From IMG/VR virus record IMGVR_UViG_3300027759_000002, positions 1-64,000 of that record: a stretch of 64,000 bases of DNA, one strand, 5' to 3'. Positions 9,147 to 16,687 of the stretch are shown here, one piece after another. Both the position numbers and the translations under genes were made by a program. Origin of the DNA: a virus. Below the pieces are notes generated by a model. The model made no database searches, was not told the origin of the DNA, and saw only the letters and a list, made by a program, of their open reading frames with translations. Position 1 is the stretch's first letter. Each line of letters opens with the position of its first letter.

Positions 9147-9697
9147 ACATTTTTTACCTTCACAATGACCAAAAAGTGTGTGCAGAAATGCATAACGACA
9201 AACATTGTATCAAAATGATCCTCGAATATGCACAATTATTATCTACTGCTCATCGTATTCTTGACGGGAATGAGCGTACCGTTCTTTCATCGTCTGGTCG
9301 CAAGAAAAAAGTATGGGAATTACCTGACGGTCGCAATGATATGCTCTATACTGCTACTCATGCCAATCATCCTTCGGCCATTTGGGTGAGAAAGTCGTAT
9401 GAAAACTATGAGTGGTTGTATACTATGTTCATTGAATTAATGAAAGAATATACATATCGTTATGGTAAAAACCATGCCTGCGAAAAATTGATTGAATCAC
9501 TATACACACCACCAACACATATTCCTAAAAGCATTGGCTTCACAGAACCAACACCAGCAATGCCTAATGATGTAAAAGTGGCAGGCGATTCAATCAAGTC
9601 ATACCGCAATTACTATATAAATAATAAGACGCACCTCGCTTCATGGCGAGGAAAATTTAACTCACGACCAGTGCCAAGCTGGTTTCAAACCGCATGA
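9143..9697 (+). CDS. pyrimidine-dimer DNA glycosylase-like protein
   Basis: N-terminal MNIFYL...DKHCIKMILEYAQLLSTAHR, HANHPSAIW and SYRNYY are characteristic of this phage family. Confidence 0.7.
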   Translation: MNIFYLHNDQKVCAEMHNDKHCIKMILEYAQLLSTAHRILDGNERTVLSSSGRKKKVWELPDGRNDMLYTATHANHPSAIWVRKSYENYEWLYTMFIELMKEYTYRYGKNHACEKLIESLYTPPTHIPKSIGFTEPTPAMPNDVKVAGDSIKSYRNYYINNKTHLASWRGKFNSRPVPSWFQTA

Positions 9698-9972
9698 TTT
9701 ATACATTTTTGAATAAAAATACAAGTGAAATTGAAGAACATACAATGCGCCTTGCAGAGTATGATGAGTTTAAGTTAAATAATCCCCATTTAGAGCGATA
9801 CTTTGCACCAGACGGTTGTCCAGGTTTTGGTGATGGTATGCGTATGGACACACCAGGAACTGGTAAGGCCGACTCCACATTTGAGAAGTATGTCATCAAT
9901 CGTATGAAAGAAACCATACCTGGAAACACGATTAAGACTGGCCACAAGACTAAAATGTCGAGAGAATGGTAA
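9694..9972 (+). CDS. hypothetical protein, FmdB-like family of T4-like phages (no Zn ligands)
   Basis: MIYTFLNKNT...EYDEFKLNNPHLERYF pattern. Confidence 0.55.
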   Translation: MIYTFLNKNTSEIEEHTMRLAEYDEFKLNNPHLERYFAPDGCPGFGDGMRMDTPGTGKADSTFEKYVINRMKETIPGNTIKTGHKTKMSREW

Positions 9973-10163
9973 TGGCGCAAATACCAGCCCTATTCCTACC
10001 AAAAAAGAAAATTGAGGAGATACCTGAGGTAAAAAATTCCAGTAAGAATCGGAAGAAAAAGAAACCCGATACTACTAAAAAAGTTTCAGCAATATTTCAA
10101 AGGGGAATTGATGGTTACCAAAAAAACAACAGCCAGATACGCAGCGGAACAGTTACAGGATGA
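9966..10163 (+). CDS. small basic hypothetical protein
   Basis: Lys-rich 65 aa ORF that overlaps the phoH start; uncertain. Confidence 0.4.
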   Translation: MVMAQIPALFLPKKKIEEIPEVKNSSKNRKKKKPDTTKKVSAIFQRGIDGYQKNNSQIRSGTVTG

Positions 10164-10875
10164 TGAGAATAAGACAAGGCATCAACCAGCAGTAAACAAT
10201 TCATTGAGAATTAAACCAGACCATCTAAAGACATTTGATCCACTAACAGAAAATCAAAGATTATTCTTTGAGATGTATAAAGGCGGTGCCTACTTCATGG
10301 GACTATTTGGTAGTCCTGGGGTAGGCAAAACTTTTTTGGCACTATATAAATCATTAGAAGAAGTTTTGGATAAATCCAATTCTTTCAAACAAGTGGTAGT
10401 TGTAAGGTCACTTGTGCAATTACGTGACGTTGGTTATTTACCAGGTAATCTTGAAGAAAAACAAGAAATCTATGAATTGCCTTACAAAGAAATTGCGGCC
10501 ACATTATTTGGTCGTTCAGATGCATGGGATAGATTAAAAGAACAAAATCATGTGCGATTTATTTCTACTACTGCCATTCGTGGTATTTCTATTGATGATG
10601 CTATTATTATAGTTGATGAAAATCAGAATTTGAATTGGTCAGAAGTAAATACAATTATCACCCGTGTTGGACATAGGTCCAAAATCATATTTTCAGGTGA
10701 TTTCAAACAAACTGATTTAATTAAGAGTAACAAAGACCAAACTGCCTTCCATAGTTTCTTGGAAGTGGCACGTAAGATGCCATCATTTCAAGAAATATAC
10801 TTTACACCAGACGATATTGTTCGTTCCAGTTTAGTTAAACAATGGATTGTGGCCTGTGAAGACCTAGGTTACTAA
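10111..10875 (+). CDS. phoH: PhoH-like ATPase
   Basis: KTFDPLTENQ, Walker A GSPGVGKT, GYLPGNLEEK, IRGISIDDAIIIVDENQN, GDFKQTD and DIVRSSLVK. Confidence 0.92.
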   Translation: MVTKKTTARYAAEQLQDDENKTRHQPAVNNSLRIKPDHLKTFDPLTENQRLFFEMYKGGAYFMGLFGSPGVGKTFLALYKSLEEVLDKSNSFKQVVVVRSLVQLRDVGYLPGNLEEKQEIYELPYKEIAATLFGRSDAWDRLKEQNHVRFISTTAIRGISIDDAIIIVDENQNLNWSEVNTIITRVGHRSKIIFSGDFKQTDLIKSNKDQTAFHSFLEVARKMPSFQEIYFTPDDIVRSSLVKQWIVACEDLGY

Positions 10876-10883
10876 GATAAATA
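10876..10883 (+). promoter_or_regulatory. T4-type late promoter-like motif (GATAAATA) upstream of the radical SAM gene
   Basis: Sits in the 34-nt gap between phoH and the rSAM ATG; matches the NATAAATA motif found before structural genes in this window. Confidence 0.55.
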
Positions 10884-10909
10884 CTATTCCAATAATAAGA
10901 GGAAATAAA

Positions 10910-12361
10910 ATGATTTTTGAAATTGAAGCCACACGATTTGAAGATGGTGATAAAAGAGTTTTTCACTATGACAATATGGCTAATGTGTTGAAAGATTCTG
11001 ATGGTAATGTGTTTGAATATCCGGCAGACCAAATGCCACAACATTCTTTGAAACCTTACAAACCATTTGACAAGAATCGTCCACTAAAAAAATCAAAATT
11101 AATCAGCCATTTGAAGATTCAGATGGGGTTGAGTTGTAACTATTCTTGTGATTATTGTTCACAGAAGTTTGTTGAACGCCAACCAGAAACCTCTAAAAAA
11201 GATATTGATGTTTTTATGGAGAAATTAGATAATCTTCATTTTGATGAAGATGTTGGTTTAAGAGTTGAATTTTGGGGTGGTGAACCACTTGTTTATTGGA
11301 AAACAATGAAGCCATTGGCTGAGGCCATTGCAGAAAAATTTGACAGTTGGAAAACTAAACCTATTTTTAGTATCATTACAAATGGTTCTATTTTAACAGA
11401 TGAAATCATTGACTGGTTAATGATGATGGATTTTGGTGTGTCAATCTCACATGACGGTCCAGGTCAATTTGTACGTGGTCCTGATCCTTTTGATGATCCA
11501 GAACAAAAAGAACGTATACTTGGATTCTATCGCATGATGACAAGACTAGGTAAAAGTTTCAGTTTCAATGCAATGTTGAATGCTAAGAACCAAAGTAGAA
11601 AAGAAATCTATGATTGGTTTGTAAATCTCACAGGAGATGAAAATGTTATTATTGGTGAAGGTTCAATGGTTGATGCCTATGATGAAGAAGGTATTTCGTA
11701 TTCACTAATCACAAAACAAGAACATTTTGATTTTAGACAGAAGGCCTTTGGTGAGTTATATGCTTCTGATGGTAAAATTGGTTTCTTGCCTCAGCTGGGT
11801 AAAATTGATGATTTAATGGCCTCAATTTTGAGTCATAGAGAATCTAAATATTTGGGTCAAAAATGTGGTATGGACGATGAACATACAATTTCAGTTGACC
11901 TACGTGGTAATGTGATGACCTGTCAGAACGTAAGTTCTTTGGAAATCTCAAAGAATGGTGAATCGCACCATGGTGGTACATTGGATAATTATTCAAATGT
12001 TGAATTAAAATCTGTCACACATTGGTCAAATCGTAAAGAGTGTCCAGAATGTCCAGTGTTACATATATGTAAAGGTGCATGTATGTTCTTGGATGAAAAA
12101 TATTGGGATATCTCATGTGCAAATGCATATTCAGATAATGTGGCCTTGTTCGCAGCTGCTTTCACTGTAATGACAAATGGTTATATACCAACTTTGATTA
12201 AGAGTGATACTTTACCATTAGATAGACAAGACATTTTTGGTACGATTTTTGAACATAATGAAGAAAATAAGAAAAAAATCATACCAATCAAGGTAGTTAA
12301 AGAGATTATTGGAACTGTTGATGATGTTGCGGTATATGGCAAATCTCGTTTGGAAACCTAA
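10910..12361 (+). CDS. radical SAM/SPASM-domain enzyme (peptide/protein maturase class)
   Basis: CxxxCxxC motif CNYSCDYC, FWGGEPL, IITNGS and SISHDG; SPASM cysteines KCG...GNVMTC...CPECPVLHICKGAC...C. Confidence 0.92.
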   Translation: MIFEIEATRFEDGDKRVFHYDNMANVLKDSDGNVFEYPADQMPQHSLKPYKPFDKNRPLKKSKLISHLKIQMGLSCNYSCDYCSQKFVERQPETSKKDIDVFMEKLDNLHFDEDVGLRVEFWGGEPLVYWKTMKPLAEAIAEKFDSWKTKPIFSIITNGSILTDEIIDWLMMMDFGVSISHDGPGQFVRGPDPFDDPEQKERILGFYRMMTRLGKSFSFNAMLNAKNQSRKEIYDWFVNLTGDENVIIGEGSMVDAYDEEGISYSLITKQEHFDFRQKAFGELYASDGKIGFLPQLGKIDDLMASILSHRESKYLGQKCGMDDEHTISVDLRGNVMTCQNVSSLEISKNGESHHGGTLDNYSNVELKSVTHWSNRKECPECPVLHICKGACMFLDEKYWDISCANAYSDNVALFAAAFTVMTNGYIPTLIKSDTLPLDRQDIFGTIFEHNEENKKKIIPIKVVKEIIGTVDDVAVYGKSRLET

Positions 12362-12395
12362 ATAATAATAATAACATTTTAAAGATAGAGAAAAA

Positions 12396-13304
12396 ATGGC
12401 AACACCAGATTTCAACAGTTCAATTGCAATTTCTCAAATTAATACTGAGGTTGGTAGAGCTGCAACTACGGCAAGTACAGATTTAAACTTTTTAAATAGC
12501 TATTTGAAACCTGCTGGCAGTCCACCGAGGCAGTTAAATCCACAGAGTATGAACGTATATCGTGGTGGTTTAACTTATTACCAAAAAAACAATGCCGGCA
12601 ATTGTAACAACGCTGCTAATGTAACACAGAATTGCAATTGTGGTAATATTCAATGTACTGCAACAAACAACTGTGTTGCAATTAACTGTGCTAATTGTGA
12701 TACACAAAAATGGTTACAAAGCGGAAATTGCCAAGCGGCAACCACACCAGTATACAACTGCACGAACAACCAAAATTGTTTCACCTATAATTGTAATTGT
12801 TCTAAAATTATTTGTACCAAGTTGTTTGATTTGGGATTGATGAAGAAAAACATTTTTGTGGCTGACCAAGCATTTGGTGAACAATTAAAGAAAACACATC
12901 CGGATATATACAATGGTTATCGTGCATGGGCAGAGATTGTTGTTGATTGGATGGACGGTAAAGGACCTAAGATGATGCCTTGGATGTCCGATGAAGATTT
13001 TAGTGTTGCTGCGAAAAAGTGGTCTATCACATGGGCACATGATATTGCAACACCTTGGGCTGAAGAAATGGCCTATATGATGGGTGAAAAAGAAACTGGT
13101 AGTTTAACTGGTAAAATGATGTTTGCATTTGGTACACCAATCTGTAAAGTTATTGGTGTGTGGCAACGTTGGTTTGGACCAAGTAAGAAAGAACCTGGTT
13201 TTATTAAAGGTGCAGGCCTTGTTGTAATTTTTGTTATGTTCAAATTGGTTGCTGAACTTGGTAGATTTATTGAAAAGTTTATTCCAAAGAAAAAGGTGGC
13301 ATAA
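12396..13304 (+). CDS. Asn-Cys-repeat protein, candidate substrate of the adjacent rSAM enzyme
   Basis: N-terminal ISQINTEVG segment; 67-codon tract at 12600-12800 with 12 Cys; C-terminal KIICTKL...GY..WA domain with a hydrophobic tail. Confidence 0.8.
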   Translation: MATPDFNSSIAISQINTEVGRAATTASTDLNFLNSYLKPAGSPPRQLNPQSMNVYRGGLTYYQKNNAGNCNNAANVTQNCNCGNIQCTATNNCVAINCANCDTQKWLQSGNCQAATTPVYNCTNNQNCFTYNCNCSKIICTKLFDLGLMKKNIFVADQAFGEQLKKTHPDIYNGYRAWAEIVVDWMDGKGPKMMPWMSDEDFSVAAKKWSITWAHDIATPWAEEMAYMMGEKETGSLTGKMMFAFGTPICKVIGVWQRWFGPSKKEPGFIKGAGLVVIFVMFKLVAELGRFIEKFIPKKKVA

Positions 13305-13600
13305 TGGCGACATATTCTTCAAGAAGACCAGTTTTAATAACTGGTGATAGTGGTGATAATAAATATTTGGGTGAACACCTAACACATTTCTTCAACACAA
13401 TTAGTTATAATATTGTAAATTCATTTTCACAAGAAGACAAAGAACGTTTCTTTAAGATGGTAACAGACCATGAAGGTATGATTACTAAATTATACGGAGA
13501 GTGTGTATTGAATTCTGTAATATTTTTACCAGCAGCGATAAAAAAAGGTACAAAAGATAAATTGGTGGACGAATATAAAATATGGTTGGATAATCAATGA
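13304..13600 (+). CDS. hypothetical protein in the modification island
   Basis: 98 aa, start coupled to the upstream stop. Confidence 0.75.
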   Translation: MATYSSRRPVLITGDSGDNKYLGEHLTHFFNTISYNIVNSFSQEDKERFFKMVTDHEGMITKLYGECVLNSVIFLPAAIKKGTKDKLVDEYKIWLDNQ

Positions 13601-13983
13601 AAAACACATTTACTACTTTAGAAACATTAAGAACATCTGATGGAAAGGTAATTATTTTTAGGGGTGAACAACTAGGTAACTTCTTCAAAAAAACATACGA
13701 AGAAAATTTTGCAAATATGACACCAGAAGAAAAGCAAGAAGCATTTCAGGTCGAACAAGAATATGGTGATTTATTGATGAAAATGTGGAAAGAACCATTA
13801 CATAATTTATTGAATCCAGTCACAGGTGCTGGCTGGATTTTACAAGACGAAGAAAGAAATCCAAAAGAAGAATATGAATATGCTTTGTCTATACCAAAAG
13901 ATGAAGATGTGACTGAAGAAGAACACAATTTAAAAATTGAAAGATTAAGATTTTATAAAGAATTGTACGAAAAACAAATTTAA
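13597..13983 (+). CDS. hypothetical acidic protein in the modification island
   Basis: 128 aa, ATGA overlap. Confidence 0.75.
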   Translation: MKNTFTTLETLRTSDGKVIIFRGEQLGNFFKKTYEENFANMTPEEKQEAFQVEQEYGDLLMKMWKEPLHNLLNPVTGAGWILQDEERNPKEEYEYALSIPKDEDVTEEEHNLKIERLRFYKELYEKQI

Positions 13984-13989
13984 TTCGTT

Positions 13990-14694
13990 ATGACAAATAT
14001 TATGACAAAAAATGATAGAGACCAGTATCACTGGTATCAAAATGCACAAAATATGTTTTGGCAAAGTCCAATTTGGGAAGTGCAAACTCGTTTCGATGAA
14101 CATTTCAATGAAGTTTTATTAGATGAAATTTATGGTATCGGCAAAGATATCGTATTGGGTAAAGACAAAGACCCAAACAACAGTATATGGGACTACAGCA
14201 GACCCAATTTAGATATACTGAAACAAGAAATTGTAGACATAGTAACCAAGAAGATTGTACAGAATATTCCCCAATTAAGAATGTTAAACATTCGTGGTTG
14301 TGAACACTTCATGGGTTGGGTCAATGTACGTGAACCAGGGGAACGTTTGGAAGTTCATGGACACACCGAATCTGCTATCGCAGCAACGTATTACATAAAG
14401 GCTAAAGAAGGTTGTGGTGACCTTGTGGCGTTTGATTCTGCACAAGCAATTGATTGGTTAAATAATACTCTAAGTAACACACCAAAATTGCGAGAACGTA
14501 GGTTTAAACCAGTTGAAGGTAGATTGATATTTTTTCCATCATATGTTTTGCATGGCGTTGATAAAAATAAATCCGATGATTTACGCATTTCATTGTCAAC
14601 CGACCTAAGAAAAGTTGTAGACAAAAATGCACAGAATACGGTAATTTTAAAATCGTGGGCTGGCCGCATGGCAAAAATTAGAGAATGGAAATAA
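13990..14694 (+). CDS. putative Fe(II)/2-oxoglutarate oxygenase (TIGR02466-like)
   Basis: HxH (EVHGH), AATYYIK, GRLIFFPSYVLHGV and RISLS. Confidence 0.8.
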   Translation: MTNIMTKNDRDQYHWYQNAQNMFWQSPIWEVQTRFDEHFNEVLLDEIYGIGKDIVLGKDKDPNNSIWDYSRPNLDILKQEIVDIVTKKIVQNIPQLRMLNIRGCEHFMGWVNVREPGERLEVHGHTESAIAATYYIKAKEGCGDLVAFDSAQAIDWLNNTLSNTPKLRERRFKPVEGRLIFFPSYVLHGVDKNKSDDLRISLSTDLRKVVDKNAQNTVILKSWAGRMAKIREWK

Positions 14695-15224
14695 TGTTTA
14701 CAAAACTGGAAACAAATTTTGAAAAACCATTATTTGCAGTTACCGACCCACTAAAAAATTTCAAACACGAAGGTAAAGGTATCGACTATAAAAAGATATG
14801 GTCACCTGAGGCTGACAAAATATATGGTGTGATACCAAAAAGGTACTGGCAGGATTTTCACTTGACAGTAATGACGATTGACTGTATAATCCCACCACAT
14901 ACGGATACGGAAATTATTACTTCAATTAACTTTTACCTACAAACAGAAGATTGTACAACTACATTCTATACACCAAAGGTTGGTAATCCACGAACATTGC
15001 AGGTGGATAATCAAACCAATGGACATATATATTTTGAAGAAGATTTAATTGAAGTTGGTAGTTTTGTTGCTAAAGATTATGAGATTTGGTTACTTGATGT
15101 GAGTCAAATACATGGCGTCAAAGGTGAATTTAATTTACGTAAAGCCATTACCTTAGGAACTTTTGTTCATAAGTATGAGACTGTACTAGAAATGTTAAAG
15201 GAAACCAATAATGTCGTTTGTTAA
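14685..15224 (+). CDS. putative Fe(II)/2OG oxygenase (cupin fold)
   Basis: HxD (PHTD), SINFY, distal His (SQIHGV) and Arg (RKAITL). Confidence 0.65.
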   Translation: MEIMFTKLETNFEKPLFAVTDPLKNFKHEGKGIDYKKIWSPEADKIYGVIPKRYWQDFHLTVMTIDCIIPPHTDTEIITSINFYLQTEDCTTTFYTPKVGNPRTLQVDNQTNGHIYFEEDLIEVGSFVAKDYEIWLLDVSQIHGVKGEFNLRKAITLGTFVHKYETVLEMLKETNNVVC

Positions 15225-15879
15225 ATTAAAACACACATATGAATATATGCCTCATACAATCATATCGCAAGGTAAGGCAGATTCTTTTGCTGGTAAATAT
15301 GGATTAGGCGTCAGACATAATACAATTTGGACACCAGAAAAAGAAAAAGAAGTTTTGTATAAAGTTATACCAGAAAGATATTGGAAAGATTTTCAAGTAA
15401 CCAGAATGTCTATTAATAGTTTATTGTTGCCACACGTTGACAACGATTTTATAACAACAATTAATTTTTATTATGATCCACAAAATTACAGAACAATTTT
15501 TTTCAAACCAAAACCTGGAGCAAATTCTTGGAAAACAGAAGAAGATAGACATGATGATGCTGGTTTAAATATGAAAGATGAAAATGTTGATGTTGAGGAA
15601 CTAAAAACCAGAGTTAAAGAATTTGTAGCAGAGAAACAAAATATGTTGACATGTGAAGAAATAACATATGTTGATGCTGTATATACTTTTGATGATGTAT
15701 ATGAAATTGGATCTTTTATTGCTCAACCTAGTGAAGCATATATGTTAGATGTGAGAATACCACATAATGTTGAACCATTAGGCGGCGAAGCAAAACTTAG
15801 AAAGGCATTTTCATTGAGAAGTAAAATATATGATTATGGCCAAGTATATGAGATGTTGCAAGAAACTGGAAATTTATAA
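15211..15879 (+). CDS. putative Fe(II)/2OG oxygenase, paralog of 14685-15224
   Basis: HxD (PHVD), TINFY, RIPHNV and RKAFSL; shares IPxRYWxDF with the upstream gene. Confidence 0.65.
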   Translation: MSFVKLKHTYEYMPHTIISQGKADSFAGKYGLGVRHNTIWTPEKEKEVLYKVIPERYWKDFQVTRMSINSLLLPHVDNDFITTINFYYDPQNYRTIFFKPKPGANSWKTEEDRHDDAGLNMKDENVDVEELKTRVKEFVAEKQNMLTCEEITYVDAVYTFDDVYEIGSFIAQPSEAYMLDVRIPHNVEPLGGEAKLRKAFSLRSKIYDYGQVYEMLQETGNL

Positions 15880-15889
15880 AGGATAAGAA

Positions 15890-16687
15890 ATGTTTTTTGA
15901 AAAATTAAACTACACAGTAGATATTGAAAAATTAAAACAAGAAGTGAAAGATAGTGTTTTTACTTTAGGTGACCAAGTTATACAAGGTGAAGAATATGAA
16001 ACTCCAAAATACAATGGTTTTGGTGGTTGGAGTTTAATGTGTAAAGAGGCTACATGGACTGGTGGTTGGGAATCTATTCAAATGGAAAAAGGCCAATCAT
16101 TGGAATCATTTTTGCCAACAGAAGAATTGGTACTCAAAGCATACAAATATTTTAATATTTCACATGGACTAGAACATGACAAACCAACTGAAGCATATGT
16201 TGGTGAAATTAAAAAAGTATTAGATGATATACGTGAGATGGGATTCAATCCAGTTAGAGCAAGGGTCACTTGTTTAAAAGCACACTCAAAGAGTTTAGTA
16301 CATAAAGATGCAGATGCAGCTGAATATATGGCACGTATTCATATTCCATTGTTTACAAATAAAAAATGTGTACACATCTGCCAAGGTAAAAACTTACATA
16401 TGCCGGCAGATGGTGGAGTTTGGATTTTGTGGACAAATACTTGGCACCAAATTAGAAATGATTCTGATGAAGATAGGTATCACATTATCATGGATGCATA
16501 CGATACTAAAAAGGTAACAAAATTCTTTAATTATGATGGCAATTTCGAAGAATTGGAAAACTATGTAAGAGGCTTTAGAGAAAAGATTGATGCCGCTGAA
16601 TTGACTGATGAGGATATTGATTTCTTTGATGCTATTAAAGAAAAATATGTCACAAAAAGAGTGAGAGATAACGAAATTACTGTATGA
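15890..16687 (+). CDS. Asp/Asn beta-hydroxylase-like Fe(II)/2OG oxygenase
   Basis: HxD (VHKD), RIHIPL, TWHQIRN and RYHIIMD. Confidence 0.78.
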   Translation: MFFEKLNYTVDIEKLKQEVKDSVFTLGDQVIQGEEYETPKYNGFGGWSLMCKEATWTGGWESIQMEKGQSLESFLPTEELVLKAYKYFNISHGLEHDKPTEAYVGEIKKVLDDIREMGFNPVRARVTCLKAHSKSLVHKDADAAEYMARIHIPLFTNKKCVHICQGKNLHMPADGGVWILWTNTWHQIRNDSDEDRYHIIMDAYDTKKVTKFFNYDGNFEELENYVRGFREKIDAAELTDEDIDFFDAIKEKYVTKRVRDNEITV

